56,898 nt of DNA from Minisyncoccia bacterium (GTDB lineage: Bacteria > Patescibacteriota > Minisyncoccia > UBA6257), in assembly GCA_049967535.1 (NCBI GenBank), contig JBMFSN010000002.1, positions 1 through 56,898 of the forward strand, in the 5' to 3' direction. The translations under genes and the position numbers were made by a program. The notes below the pieces were generated by a model. It was not told the origin of the DNA. It ran no database searches and saw only the letters and a list, made by a program, of their open reading frames with translations. Shown piece after piece: positions 28,801 to 36,704 of the stretch; position 1 is the first letter of the stretch, and each line of letters opens with the position of its first letter.

Positions 28801-29538
28801 ATTCTTTCTGGATTTTTTAATAGTCTCTTCTAATTCCTCGTTAAGTTTTTGTAAATCAATTGCTTCTAAAAGTTTACGTACTGGCTCACTTCCAGTTGCC
28901 GCAGAAAAAATATGAGCATACTCTTTTGATAATTGAAGATAATCAATTTCTGATAAAACAATTTTAGGTCTTAAAATTTCTAATTCTGCTTTGGCTTTTT
29001 TATAGGATAATTCTAACTCTTGTTTTTTGTCTTGGGGCCAAGTTTTAATTTTATTTTTATACTCCTTATCTAAATCTTCTAGGGCTTTATTTTTAGCATC
29101 TTCGTCAACTGAAGTAACAATATAGCTATTATAATAAATAACCTTTTCTAATAAAGGCAAAGAAAGATCGAGCATCAAGCTAATTCTTGAAGGAATGCTT
29201 CTTAAAAACCAGATATGAGCTACTGGAGCAGCTAATTTAATATGCCCCATTCTCTCACGTCTTACTGAAGATGTAGTCACTTCTACTCCACAACGATCGC
29301 AAACTACTCCTTTGTAGCGAGCGGTTTTGTATTTGCCACAAGCACATTCATAATCTTTTACCGGACCGAAAATTTGTTCAGAAAAAAGACCCTCTTTTTC
29401 TGGTTTTTGAGTGCGATAGTTAATAGTTTCAGCTTTAGTTACTTCTCCATAAGACCAAGAGAGAATTTCTTCAGGAGAAGCCAATTTAAGAGACAAAGCT
29501 TCAAAGTCTTTAATTTTAAAATCTTTTTGCTCGTTCAT
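25891..29538 (-). CDS. rpoC: DNA-directed RNA polymerase subunit beta'
   Basis: Zinc motif CACGKY...CDRCGVEV, catalytic NADFDGDQMAVH, bridge-helix and trigger-loop regions; 1215 aa. Confidence 0.97.
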   Translation of the reverse strand: MNEQKDFKIKDFEALSLKLASPEEILSWSYGEVTKAETINYRTQKPEKEGLFSEQIFGPVKDYECACGKYKTARYKGVVCDRCGVEVTTSSVRRERMGHIKLAAPVAHIWFLRSIPSRISLMLDLSLPLLEKVIYYNSYIVTSVDEDAKNKALEDLDKEYKNKIKTWPQDKKQELELSYKKAKAELEILRPKIVLSEIDYLQLSKEYAHIFSAATGSEPVRKLLEAIDLQKLNEELEETIKKSRKNAQTDKKVLARLKLVRSLIKSGVRPEWMFLTVLPVLPPELRPMVQLDGGRFASSDLNDLYRRVINRNNRLKKLLELKAPEVIIKNEKRMLQEAVDALIDNSIRKSSGSSPMHAAQHRPLRSLADILQGKQGRFRQNLLGKRVDYSGRSVIVIGPDLKIHECGLPKKMALELFKPFVISELMKREIVFNPRAANRLIEEGPDVVWEILESVVKDKYVLLNRAPTLHRLSIEAFQPKLIEGLAIQIPGLVCPPFNADFDGDQMAVHLPLTEEAQREAQNRMLSSFGLLKPADGNPAMLPRKDMILGVYWLTMERDKEREEKEYKVFSDIKEVLLALDSEKIDFQEKIKVRLDKPTQEEEKAGQIVITTPGRIIFNQILPQDFPFINKTLGARELKKITRDLIYRYKDFNKCADILDQIKELGFYYASISGITWSLTDLTIPSRKPEIIKETYQKINEINAQYEEGFLTNAEKKSLSEEKWRHAVSEISDLVTKTLKPSDSVSIIFSSGAGGDWSIATQIMGIKGLVVNPAGKIIDLPILHSHQEGFNVLEYFAASHGGRKGLADTALKTSFAGYLTRRLVDVSQEILVREEDCHTHQGLIINKKEVEEAGEDFEEKIRGRYLAQDALNKKGEIILKANELVDDALAKKLKEECEEVIVRSPLTCESPYGVCQKCYGLDLAWLKPIDLGEAIGVVAAQAIGEPGTQLTLRTFHTGGVAQAVDITQGLPRVEELLEARIPKGEAPISEVDGTIVDIENSNHHNIIRIQPNVPVEKKKVSKNKTKAELTLIEYSIPEIATLWVKRGDPVKKGDQLCEGSLNLKKILKILGKEATQNYILKEIKKVYNLAGEKINDKHLEVVIRQMFSRVRVTDSGDSSFIKGEILEKEMFKEIVEKMKEENKKPPQAEEIVLGIKNVALTSSSVLAPASFQETTRVLVKASLEAREDHLRGLKENVIIGRLIPAGTGFRKKIAKV

Positions 29539-29567
29539 ATAAAATGATAAGTAAAATTCTTAATTAA

Positions 29568-32500
29568 CTATTCTTGAACCTCTTTAGCATCTATTAAATG
29601 CTCTTCATTTTTTATACCTGATAAATTAACAGATAAACCCAAAGCCTGAAATTCCTTTAAGATAACATTGAAAGCCGCTGGAATATTAGGACTTTTTATT
29701 CTTTCGCCTCTAATAATAGATTCATAAGTGGCTGCTCTTCCAATAACATCATCGGATTTTATAGTAATCATTTCTTGAAGAGTATAAGCTGCCCCATAAC
29801 CTTCTAAGGCCCAAACCTCCATTTCCCCAAAACGCTGGCCACCTAAGTGAGCTCTTCCTCCTAGAGGTTGTTGGGTGATAAGGGAATATGGTCCAATAGC
29901 TCTCATGTGAACCTTGTCTTCTACCATGTGCTCTAATTTCATAATATACATTACTCCAATAGCGACCTTTCTCTTGAAGGGTTCTCCAGTTTTTCCGTCA
30001 TAAAGGACTACCTTGCCATCTTCACTTAAACCAGCTTTATTTAATTCATTTTTTATATCATCTTCTGTTGCTCCATCTAAAGCAGGGGTAATGGCACGAT
30101 ATTTTAATTTTTGGCAAGCTAAACCAAGGTGATTTTCAAAAATCTGTCCTAAATTCATTCTCTTACCCACTCCCAAGGGATTAAGAATAATATCAACCGG
30201 TGTCCCGTCTTCTAAGAAGGGCATATCCTCTTCTGGTAGAATAATAGAAATAACTCCTTTGTTTCCGTGACGGCCAGCTAATTTATCTCCCACTCTTACT
30301 TTTCTTAATTCTGCAATTTCTACATTAATTTTTTTAATCAATCCCGCTTCTAATTTATCACCATTCTGACGACTCAAAATTTTGGTCCTAATAACCCGAC
30401 CCACTCGAGAAGGTTCTAGCACTAAAGAGCTGTCTTTTATTTCTTTAATTTCTTCTCCAAAAATAGCTTGTAATAAACGTTCCTCAGGAGTTAAATCAGT
30501 TTTGCCTTTAGGAGAAATTTTACCAACCAAGATATCTCCCCCTCTTACTTCTGCTCCTATCCGAACAATTCCATCTTCATCTAAGTCTTTTAATTTTTCT
30601 TCACTAACATTGGGAATATCACGAGTAGTCATCTCTGGCCCTAATTTAGTATCCACTACATCGCAGCTAAATTCCTCTAAATAAACAGAACTGAAATAAT
30701 CGTTTTTTAAAACTCTTTCTGAAAGAATAATGGCATCCTCATAGTTAAATCCATAGAAGGAAACAAAGGCAACAAGCAAATTCTGACCCAAAGCTAAAGT
30801 TCCGTGGTCAGAAGCAGAACCATCAGCTAATAAATCCCCCTTTTTAATTTTTTGTCCTTTTAAAACTACAGGTTTTTGATGAAGACAGCTATTTTTATTA
30901 CTTCTTTCAAAATTAATTAATTCATAATTCTTTTTTTCTTGAGAAAGAGTCCTAATAATAATATGAGTACTATCAACTTCCTCTACCACTCCTTCGACGT
31001 CGCTAATTAAACATTGCCCAGATTCCAAAGCCACTTTTTCTTCCATTCCTGTAGAAACCAAAGGAGCACTTGGTTTAATGCAAGGAACTGCTTGCCTTTG
31101 CATATTGGCCCCCATGAGGGCACGGTTAGATTCATCATGTTCTAAGAAAGGAATTAAACTAACAGCCGCAGAGATAATTTGCTGACAAGAAACATCGATT
31201 AAATCAACTTCTTCTTTGAGAATCATTGTTGGTTCTCCATTCACCCTTGCTCCCACAAATTTATCTATAATGTTTCCTTTTTCATCAACATCTACTCCTC
31301 CGTGAGCAATCTTATGTTTTAATTCTTCGAAAGCGTCTAACCAAACAATTTCGTGAGTTAAAACTCCGTTTTCCACTTTAATATAGGGAGTCTCAATAAA
31401 ACCAAAATCATTTAATTTAGCATAAAAAGCTAAAGATAAAACTAAACCAATATTTTGACCTTCTGGAGTCTGAATAGGGCATAAACGTCCATAATGACTA
31501 GGATGAACATCACGAACATCAAGACCGGCTCGCTCTTTTACTAATCCTCCTGGACCCATTGGAGTAGCTTTTCTTTTATGTTCCAACTCTGAAAGCATGT
31601 TCATTTGTTCCATAAACTGGCAAAGCTGGGAAACATTGAAAAATTCTTTTAAACTACTAACCAATTGGCGAGGGTTAATGAGCTGAGCAGGGGTAACTGT
31701 TAAAGGGTCACAGGTAGCCATTTTATCTTGAATAGTCCTACGCATTCTCATCATTCCCACTCTAAAACGATCGGCTAAAATTTCTCCCACTGCCTTAATC
31801 CTTCTATTACCTAAATGATCAATATCATCCTCTCCTGCCTCTGGATTAGTGTTTAAATTAATAATTTCCTTAACAATAGTTAATAAATCTTTTTGAGTTA
31901 AAGTTCCCTGGGTTAATGGTTCATCAATTCCTAATCTCTGGTTAAGTTTATGGCGACCGACTTTGGCTAAATCGTAACGGTCTCGCTTAAAAAACATATT
32001 GTTAATTAGCTCTCGACTATTGTCGTAGGTAGCTAATTCTCCTGGTCTTAGACGTCGATAAATTTCAATATAGCCCTCTTCTTGATTAGTTGAAGAGTCG
32101 CGACTTATTGTTTTTTCGATATATTTATTAAATACATCTTCGTTTAAATAAGAAAAAGCTTCTTTGATTTGGTCATTAGATTCAAAGCCAAAAACCTTAA
32201 GAAGAGCTGTTACTGGTACTTTTCTTTTTCGATCAATTTTGACCCAAATAACTCCTTCAGTATCAGTTTCAAACTCTAACCAAGAGCCGTGATAAGGAAT
32301 CAACTTAGCTCCAAAAAGATTAACTCCCCTAAAATTTACTGCTTGAAAATAGACACCTGGCGAACGATTAATTTGAGAGATAACCACCTTTTCTACCCCA
32401 TTAATAATAAAGGTCCCCCGAGGGGTCATTATAGGAATATCTCCAAAATAAACTTCAGCTTCTTTTTCTAAGCCCTGTTTTTGATTTCTTACTCTTAATT

Positions 32501-32768
32501 TAACTCTTAGGGTAGCTTCGTAATTTAATTCTTTATTCTTCGCCTGTTTTTCAGTAAGCTTAGGGTCTTCAAGGTGATAATCAAGAAAATCCAGTTCAAG
32601 CTCTTTTCCAGTATAATCTTTTACTGGAAATAATTCTTGGAAAACTTCTTTAATCCCCTCTTTAATAAACCAATCAAAAGAATCTGTTTGAAATCGAGTC
32701 AGCGACTGAGGCTCTAAAATATTTCTAGTGTGACGGCTAAAATTTCTTGTTGGAATAATAGTTGCCAT
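29568..32768 (-). CDS. rpoB: DNA-directed RNA polymerase subunit beta
   Basis: Conserved blocks GTFIINGVEKVVISQ, rifampicin-region FFNVSQLCQFMEQMN, GRHGNKGV, RFGEMEVWALE; 1066 aa. Confidence 0.97.
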   Translation of the reverse strand: MATIIPTRNFSRHTRNILEPQSLTRFQTDSFDWFIKEGIKEVFQELFPVKDYTGKELELDFLDYHLEDPKLTEKQAKNKELNYEATLRVKLRVRNQKQGLEKEAEVYFGDIPIMTPRGTFIINGVEKVVISQINRSPGVYFQAVNFRGVNLFGAKLIPYHGSWLEFETDTEGVIWVKIDRKRKVPVTALLKVFGFESNDQIKEAFSYLNEDVFNKYIEKTISRDSSTNQEEGYIEIYRRLRPGELATYDNSRELINNMFFKRDRYDLAKVGRHKLNQRLGIDEPLTQGTLTQKDLLTIVKEIINLNTNPEAGEDDIDHLGNRRIKAVGEILADRFRVGMMRMRRTIQDKMATCDPLTVTPAQLINPRQLVSSLKEFFNVSQLCQFMEQMNMLSELEHKRKATPMGPGGLVKERAGLDVRDVHPSHYGRLCPIQTPEGQNIGLVLSLAFYAKLNDFGFIETPYIKVENGVLTHEIVWLDAFEELKHKIAHGGVDVDEKGNIIDKFVGARVNGEPTMILKEEVDLIDVSCQQIISAAVSLIPFLEHDESNRALMGANMQRQAVPCIKPSAPLVSTGMEEKVALESGQCLISDVEGVVEEVDSTHIIIRTLSQEKKNYELINFERSNKNSCLHQKPVVLKGQKIKKGDLLADGSASDHGTLALGQNLLVAFVSFYGFNYEDAIILSERVLKNDYFSSVYLEEFSCDVVDTKLGPEMTTRDIPNVSEEKLKDLDEDGIVRIGAEVRGGDILVGKISPKGKTDLTPEERLLQAIFGEEIKEIKDSSLVLEPSRVGRVIRTKILSRQNGDKLEAGLIKKINVEIAELRKVRVGDKLAGRHGNKGVISIILPEEDMPFLEDGTPVDIILNPLGVGKRMNLGQIFENHLGLACQKLKYRAITPALDGATEDDIKNELNKAGLSEDGKVVLYDGKTGEPFKRKVAIGVMYIMKLEHMVEDKVHMRAIGPYSLITQQPLGGRAHLGGQRFGEMEVWALEGYGAAYTLQEMITIKSDDVIGRAATYESIIRGERIKSPNIPAAFNVILKEFQALGLSVNLSGIKNEEHLIDAKEVQE

Positions 32769-32814
32769 TAATGATTAATTATAAAAATTTGAAAAACAAA
32801 AAAAAGAGAATGCA

Positions 32815-32839
32815 CAAAAAATCCTAACCTAATAGGATT
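32815..32839 (-). terminator. Weak AT-rich hairpin plus U-run between the 73-aa ORF and rpoB
   Basis: Minus strand reads AAUCCUA-uuaggu-UAGGAUU followed by UUUUU. Confidence 0.25.
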
Positions 32840-32876
32840 GGTCACAATTTTTACAAGTTTATTTGATTTATTATAT

Positions 32877-33098
32877 TCACCCTCTCGCTATTTTTAAAGC
32901 TTTAAGAATAACTTGAGCTATTCTCTTTGAAGTCACACTTTTTTCCTGAGATGTGTCTAAAGAAAGATAATGAATATCTTTTAACTCTATTCTATGCTTT
33001 TTTAAAAATTTGTCAAGAGAAACGAGTAAATCTTCACCGTTGTCACACATCACCTTGCATTTCTTTTTATCTTTAGTAGTAAAATTTAAAATTAACAT
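32877..33098 (-). CDS. Small hypothetical protein; possible remnant or minimal TsaB (YeaZ) N-lobe
   Basis: MLILNFTT...GEDLL...LDKFLKKHRIELKDIHYLSLDTSQEKSVTSKRIAQVILKAL resembles the TsaB N-terminal pattern (ILAIDTS ... DLDaIaV..GPGSFTGLRIG...KGL). I prefer the ATG at 33098 over the TTG at 33110. Confidence 0.45.
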   Translation of the reverse strand: MLILNFTTKDKKKCKVMCDNGEDLLVSLDKFLKKHRIELKDIHYLSLDTSQEKSVTSKRIAQVILKALKIARG

Positions 33099-33115
33099 AA
33101 TAATAACCAATTTTC

Positions 33116-33236
33116 AATTTTCAATTCTCAATTTACAATAAATTTTCAATGATTCAATTTACAAATAGATATTAGAGGTTTGAAAATTGTAAAATTGTAA
33201 ATTCAATGAAAATTGTAAATTAGAAATTGTAAATTA
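33116..33236. repeat. AT-rich ~125-nt palindromic repeat, copy R1
   Basis: About 90% identical to the reverse complement of 52146-52274. Both ends and the inner arms are inverted repeats built from TTGTAAATT / AATTTACAA words around a central ATAGATATTAGAGGTTTG. Confidence 0.85.
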
Positions 33237-33950
33237 TGAACTACTTGTGGACTTCAAGTGGCTCTCTCGCCATTCTTTTATTTTTTGATGATTTCCTGAT
33301 AAAAGAATTTTGGGTACTTGCCAACGAATTTTTTTATTTTTAGTGTTGGGATAAAAAATTTCTGGTCGAGTATATTGAGGATATTCATAATATAAATTTT
33401 TAATTTTTAATTTTAAACTTTTAAATAAGGAGCGGGAAAAGGATTCTTCTTTTAAAGAATCAGCTCGAATAACCCCGGGGATTAAGCGAGTAATCCCATC
33501 TACTAAAACCATGGCCGGTAATTCTCCTCCCGTTAAAATATAATCTCCAATAGAAATTTCTTCATCAACCAAATAACGAGAAACCCTTTCATCCACTCCT
33601 TCATAATGAGGACAAATAAGGATAAGATGTTCGAATTTTTTTAATTGCTCTAGTTTATTTTGAGTTAATTTTTTGCCTTTAACAGAAAAAAGAATAATTC
33701 GTGTTTTTTCTTTTTTTCGGCTTTTAGTTAAATCTTTTAAGGCTTGAGCTATGGGTTTAACCATAAAAATCATGCCCGCTCCTCCTCCATAGGGATGGTC
33801 ATCAACTGTTTGATGAGGGTCTTTTGTCCATTTCCTTAAGTCCCAGAGATTAATTTGAATTAATTTCTTAGCTTGAGCTCTTTTAATAATAGATGTCTGA
33901 AAATAGCTCTCAAAGGCTTCTGGAAAAATTGTAAGAATATCGAAGTGCAT
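33234..33950 (-). CDS. trmD: tRNA (guanine37-N1)-methyltransferase TrmD
   Basis: MHFDILTIFPEAFESY, PYGGGAGM, SIGDYILTGGELPAMVL, PQYTRP, LLSGNH. The start is set at Met24 (33950). Confidence 0.9.
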   Translation of the reverse strand: MHFDILTIFPEAFESYFQTSIIKRAQAKKLIQINLWDLRKWTKDPHQTVDDHPYGGGAGMIFMVKPIAQALKDLTKSRKKEKTRIILFSVKGKKLTQNKLEQLKKFEHLILICPHYEGVDERVSRYLVDEEISIGDYILTGGELPAMVLVDGITRLIPGVIRADSLKEESFSRSLFKSLKLKIKNLYYEYPQYTRPEIFYPNTKNKKIRWQVPKILLSGNHQKIKEWRESHLKSTSSS

Positions 33951-33973
33951 ATTAATAAAATTCAAAAGGTTCA

Positions 33974-34008
33974 CCTGCCAAAGTTTTCTAAAAGAAAACT
34001 TTGGCAGG
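33974..34008 (-). promoter_or_regulatory. Perfect 15-bp hairpin 23 nt upstream of the trmD start
   Basis: CCTGCCAAAGTTTTC-taaaa-GAAAACTTTGGCAGG. Confidence 0.4.
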
Positions 34009-34030
34009 CAAAAAATCAAAATTAAAAAAC

Positions 34031-34068
34031 CAAAAAAAATCGCGGTAGATTATTCATCATACCGCGAT
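34031..34068 (-). terminator. Rho-independent terminator or attenuator between the KH-domain gene and trmD
   Basis: Minus strand has a 9-bp stem, AUCGCGGUA-(12-nt loop)-UACCGCGAU, followed by U8. Confidence 0.6.
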
Positions 34069-34105
34069 TCAGTAAATTTTTCAATTATTCAGATTACTAA
34101 CTAAG

Positions 34106-34423
34106 TTAGAGATTAAGCCCTTCAGTAATCTGGTCAGCAGCCTGTTCGGCTTCTCTAGTGTGAGAGGAACCGGTTGGCTCTTCAATTTTTAAGTTAATTC
34201 TGGCTCGATTCTTCGCTCCCACTACTCTTAAGATAGTGCGAAGAGCTTGAGCCATCACTCCTTGGCGACCAATAATTTGAGCCATATCTTGAGGATCTAC
34301 TTTTAAAGAAAGTAAAACCCCCATTTCATCTACTTTTCTCTCAATTTTGACCGCTTCGGGATTGTTAACTACGCTCTTTACTACAGTCTCGAGGACTTGT
34401 TGATCTACAGGTAAATCAGTCAT
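34106..34423 (-). CDS. KH-domain RNA-binding protein (YlqC / UPF0109-like)
   Basis: VKSVVNNPEAVKIERKVDEMGVLLSLKVDPQDMAQIIGRQGVMAQALRTILRVVG is the typical pattern, with the GxxG loop (GRQG). Confidence 0.8.
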   Translation of the reverse strand: MTDLPVDQQVLETVVKSVVNNPEAVKIERKVDEMGVLLSLKVDPQDMAQIIGRQGVMAQALRTILRVVGAKNRARINLKIEEPTGSSHTREAEQAADQITEGLNL

Positions 34424-34502
34424 ATTTTCTTATTAAACGTCTTATTTAATTCTTTCTAGAATGAAGTAGCTGTCGACCTTTTTCCAGCCACTAGGATACT
34501 AT

Positions 34503-34530
34503 ATTATACTCCCTTTTTGTTAATTAGTAA
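34503..34530 (-). promoter_or_regulatory. Putative promoter for the KH-domain gene (TTACTA-N16-TATAAT, minus strand)
   Basis: Revcomp of 34525-34530 is TTACTA; revcomp of 34503-34508 is TATAAT. Confidence 0.3.
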
Positions 34531-34534
34531 AGTT

Positions 34535-36682
34535 TTAATTTAATATTTTTTCTGAATCCTCTAATTTAATTGATAATAATTGAGAAGTATTATCTTCTCC
34601 TATTGTAACTCCATAAATAACTTCCGCTACTGACATGGTCATCCGGTTATGAGTGATAGTAATAAATTGAGTATTTTTGCAAAGTTCCTTAATAATTTGA
34701 GAAAAACGTTGGCTATTGTATTCATCTAAGGCAGCATCTATTTCATCAACAATAACCAAAGGCGGATCAGATTGATTAATAATGGCAAAAAGCAAAGAAA
34801 TAGCAACCAAAGTTTTTTCTCCTCCAGAGAGCATTTCTAAACTTTTTAGTTCTGTTTTTGGCACTTCAACTTTGATTTCTACTCCCCAGTAGCTATCTTG
34901 TGGCTCTTCTTTAACCTGGGGTTCTAAACTTTTCTCTTCTTCATCAAGAGAGGCTAATTTTTGTTTCTTTATTTGTTCTAATTTTGCAGAACCACCGGAA
35001 AACATAAGACGAAAATAGCGGTTGAAATCTTTATTTATTTCCGTAAGTGATTTTTCAAAAGTTTTTTCTATTTCTTGGGTTAATTCTTTGATTAATCCTT
35101 TGAGGTCTTGAGAACCTTGTTTCAAATCAGCAATTTGTTGAGAGAGAAATTCATAACGTTTGGATACTTCTTGGTATTCTTTTACCACGTTAAGGTCCTC
35201 TGTCCCAATATCAGCCATTTCCCTTCTTAGCCTCAAAACCTGTTTCTCTAAAGAGCTTAATTGTTCTTCGTTAAAAGATAATTCATTTGTATGGTCTTGA
35301 TAATACTTTTCGATGACTTCATATTCCAAATTAGCTTCCTGCAGCCTTCTTTTAAAATCTTCTAACCTAAGACTATATTTTTCTTTTTCTAAGTTTTGAA
35401 TCTGAATTTGCTTTAATAACTCTTCTTTTTGAGTTCTTAAATTAGTGATTTCTTCAAAGGCCCCTCGGAAACTTTTATTTTGATTATTAATGGTTTCCTC
35501 GTTTTGCTTTAGTTCTTGCTTCTTTAGGATTAATTTTGCTTCTAACAAGGACAAGTCTTTTTTAATTTTTTCAACATCTTGTTTAACGCTCTTGTTTTGG
35601 TAATTAATAAGATCGTTTAAACCATTCAAAATATTTTGAATTTTTATATGAACTAATTTTATATCTTCTATATTAAGAAGTTCTTTTAGTTGATTAATAA
35701 TTTTATTAATACTACTTTCTAATTGAGGGGGAGATAAGGAAAAAGTTGTTTTTACTTCTTGGCGGCCTAAGTCTCTTAGGAGATTAGATTTTTGATTTTG
35801 CATTTCGATAATTTCTCTGGTAATTTGTTGAACTTGTTTTTCTAGATTTCCCTGGCCTTCTTCTTTAGAAGACATCAAGTTTGTTTCTTTGTCTTTAATC
35901 TCTTGATTAATTAAGGATAATTTTTGCGTTAATTCATCTAAATTTAATCCCAGAGGTTTATTATCTTCTACAATATTATGAAAAATAATAGCAAAATATT
36001 GTTTTTCTGAAAGAGATAAATTTTCTTGAATCTTTTCTCTTGTCTCCCAGCGAGTGACTTGTCTTTTTAAGGAACGAAGATGAGGCAAAATTTCCTTCTC
36101 TAAGGCTAAACTTTTATCGAGATTAATATCTGTTTCTTCTAATTTCCGTTTAGCTTCTTCTTTTTTTAACTCAATGTTTTTTAAACCTAGAACTTCCTCC
36201 AGCATTAAACGTCTTTCTTGGGGAGAAACCAAAAGAATGCTTTCCACCGAACCTTGGTTAATAATAGAGAAACCTTTCAGCCCTATTTGAGCATGAGCAG
36301 TTAAATCAATAATGTCTTTTAAGCGGCAGGGTTTATGGTTTAAAAAATAGCTATTATTACCATCTCGATCAATTCTTCTTAAAAGGCTAATTTCATTATA
36401 ATCCAAAGGAAAAACGTTATTTTGGTTATCAAAAATCAATTCTACTTCACAAAAAGATACTGAGCTATCTTTTTCTTTACCGGTAAAAATTAAATCTTGT
36501 CCTTTATCTGCTCTAATATTTTTAAAGCTCTGCTCCCCGAGGGCCCATCTAATAGCGTCAACAATATTCGATTTACCAGAACCATTTGGTCCAATAATAG
36601 CGGTAATTAAAAAAGGAAACTCTAAAATAGTTTTTCCTTTAAATGATTTAAAATTTTTTAAAATAATTCTTTTGAGAAACAT
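34535..36682 (-). CDS. smc: SMC-family chromosome partition ATPase, unusually short (715 aa), apparently without a hinge domain
   Basis: Walker A GPNGSGKSN, Q-loop INQGSVESIL, signature LSGGEKTLVAISLLFAI, Walker B LVIVDEIDAALD. The whole stretch between the head halves is heptad-like coiled coil. Confidence 0.85.
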   Translation of the reverse strand: MFLKRIILKNFKSFKGKTILEFPFLITAIIGPNGSGKSNIVDAIRWALGEQSFKNIRADKGQDLIFTGKEKDSSVSFCEVELIFDNQNNVFPLDYNEISLLRRIDRDGNNSYFLNHKPCRLKDIIDLTAHAQIGLKGFSIINQGSVESILLVSPQERRLMLEEVLGLKNIELKKEEAKRKLEETDINLDKSLALEKEILPHLRSLKRQVTRWETREKIQENLSLSEKQYFAIIFHNIVEDNKPLGLNLDELTQKLSLINQEIKDKETNLMSSKEEGQGNLEKQVQQITREIIEMQNQKSNLLRDLGRQEVKTTFSLSPPQLESSINKIINQLKELLNIEDIKLVHIKIQNILNGLNDLINYQNKSVKQDVEKIKKDLSLLEAKLILKKQELKQNEETINNQNKSFRGAFEEITNLRTQKEELLKQIQIQNLEKEKYSLRLEDFKRRLQEANLEYEVIEKYYQDHTNELSFNEEQLSSLEKQVLRLRREMADIGTEDLNVVKEYQEVSKRYEFLSQQIADLKQGSQDLKGLIKELTQEIEKTFEKSLTEINKDFNRYFRLMFSGGSAKLEQIKKQKLASLDEEEKSLEPQVKEEPQDSYWGVEIKVEVPKTELKSLEMLSGGEKTLVAISLLFAIINQSDPPLVIVDEIDAALDEYNSQRFSQIIKELCKNTQFITITHNRMTMSVAEVIYGVTIGEDNTSQLLSIKLEDSEKILN

Positions 36683-36704
36683 AACTTTAGCCTACTTTCT
36701 TTTC

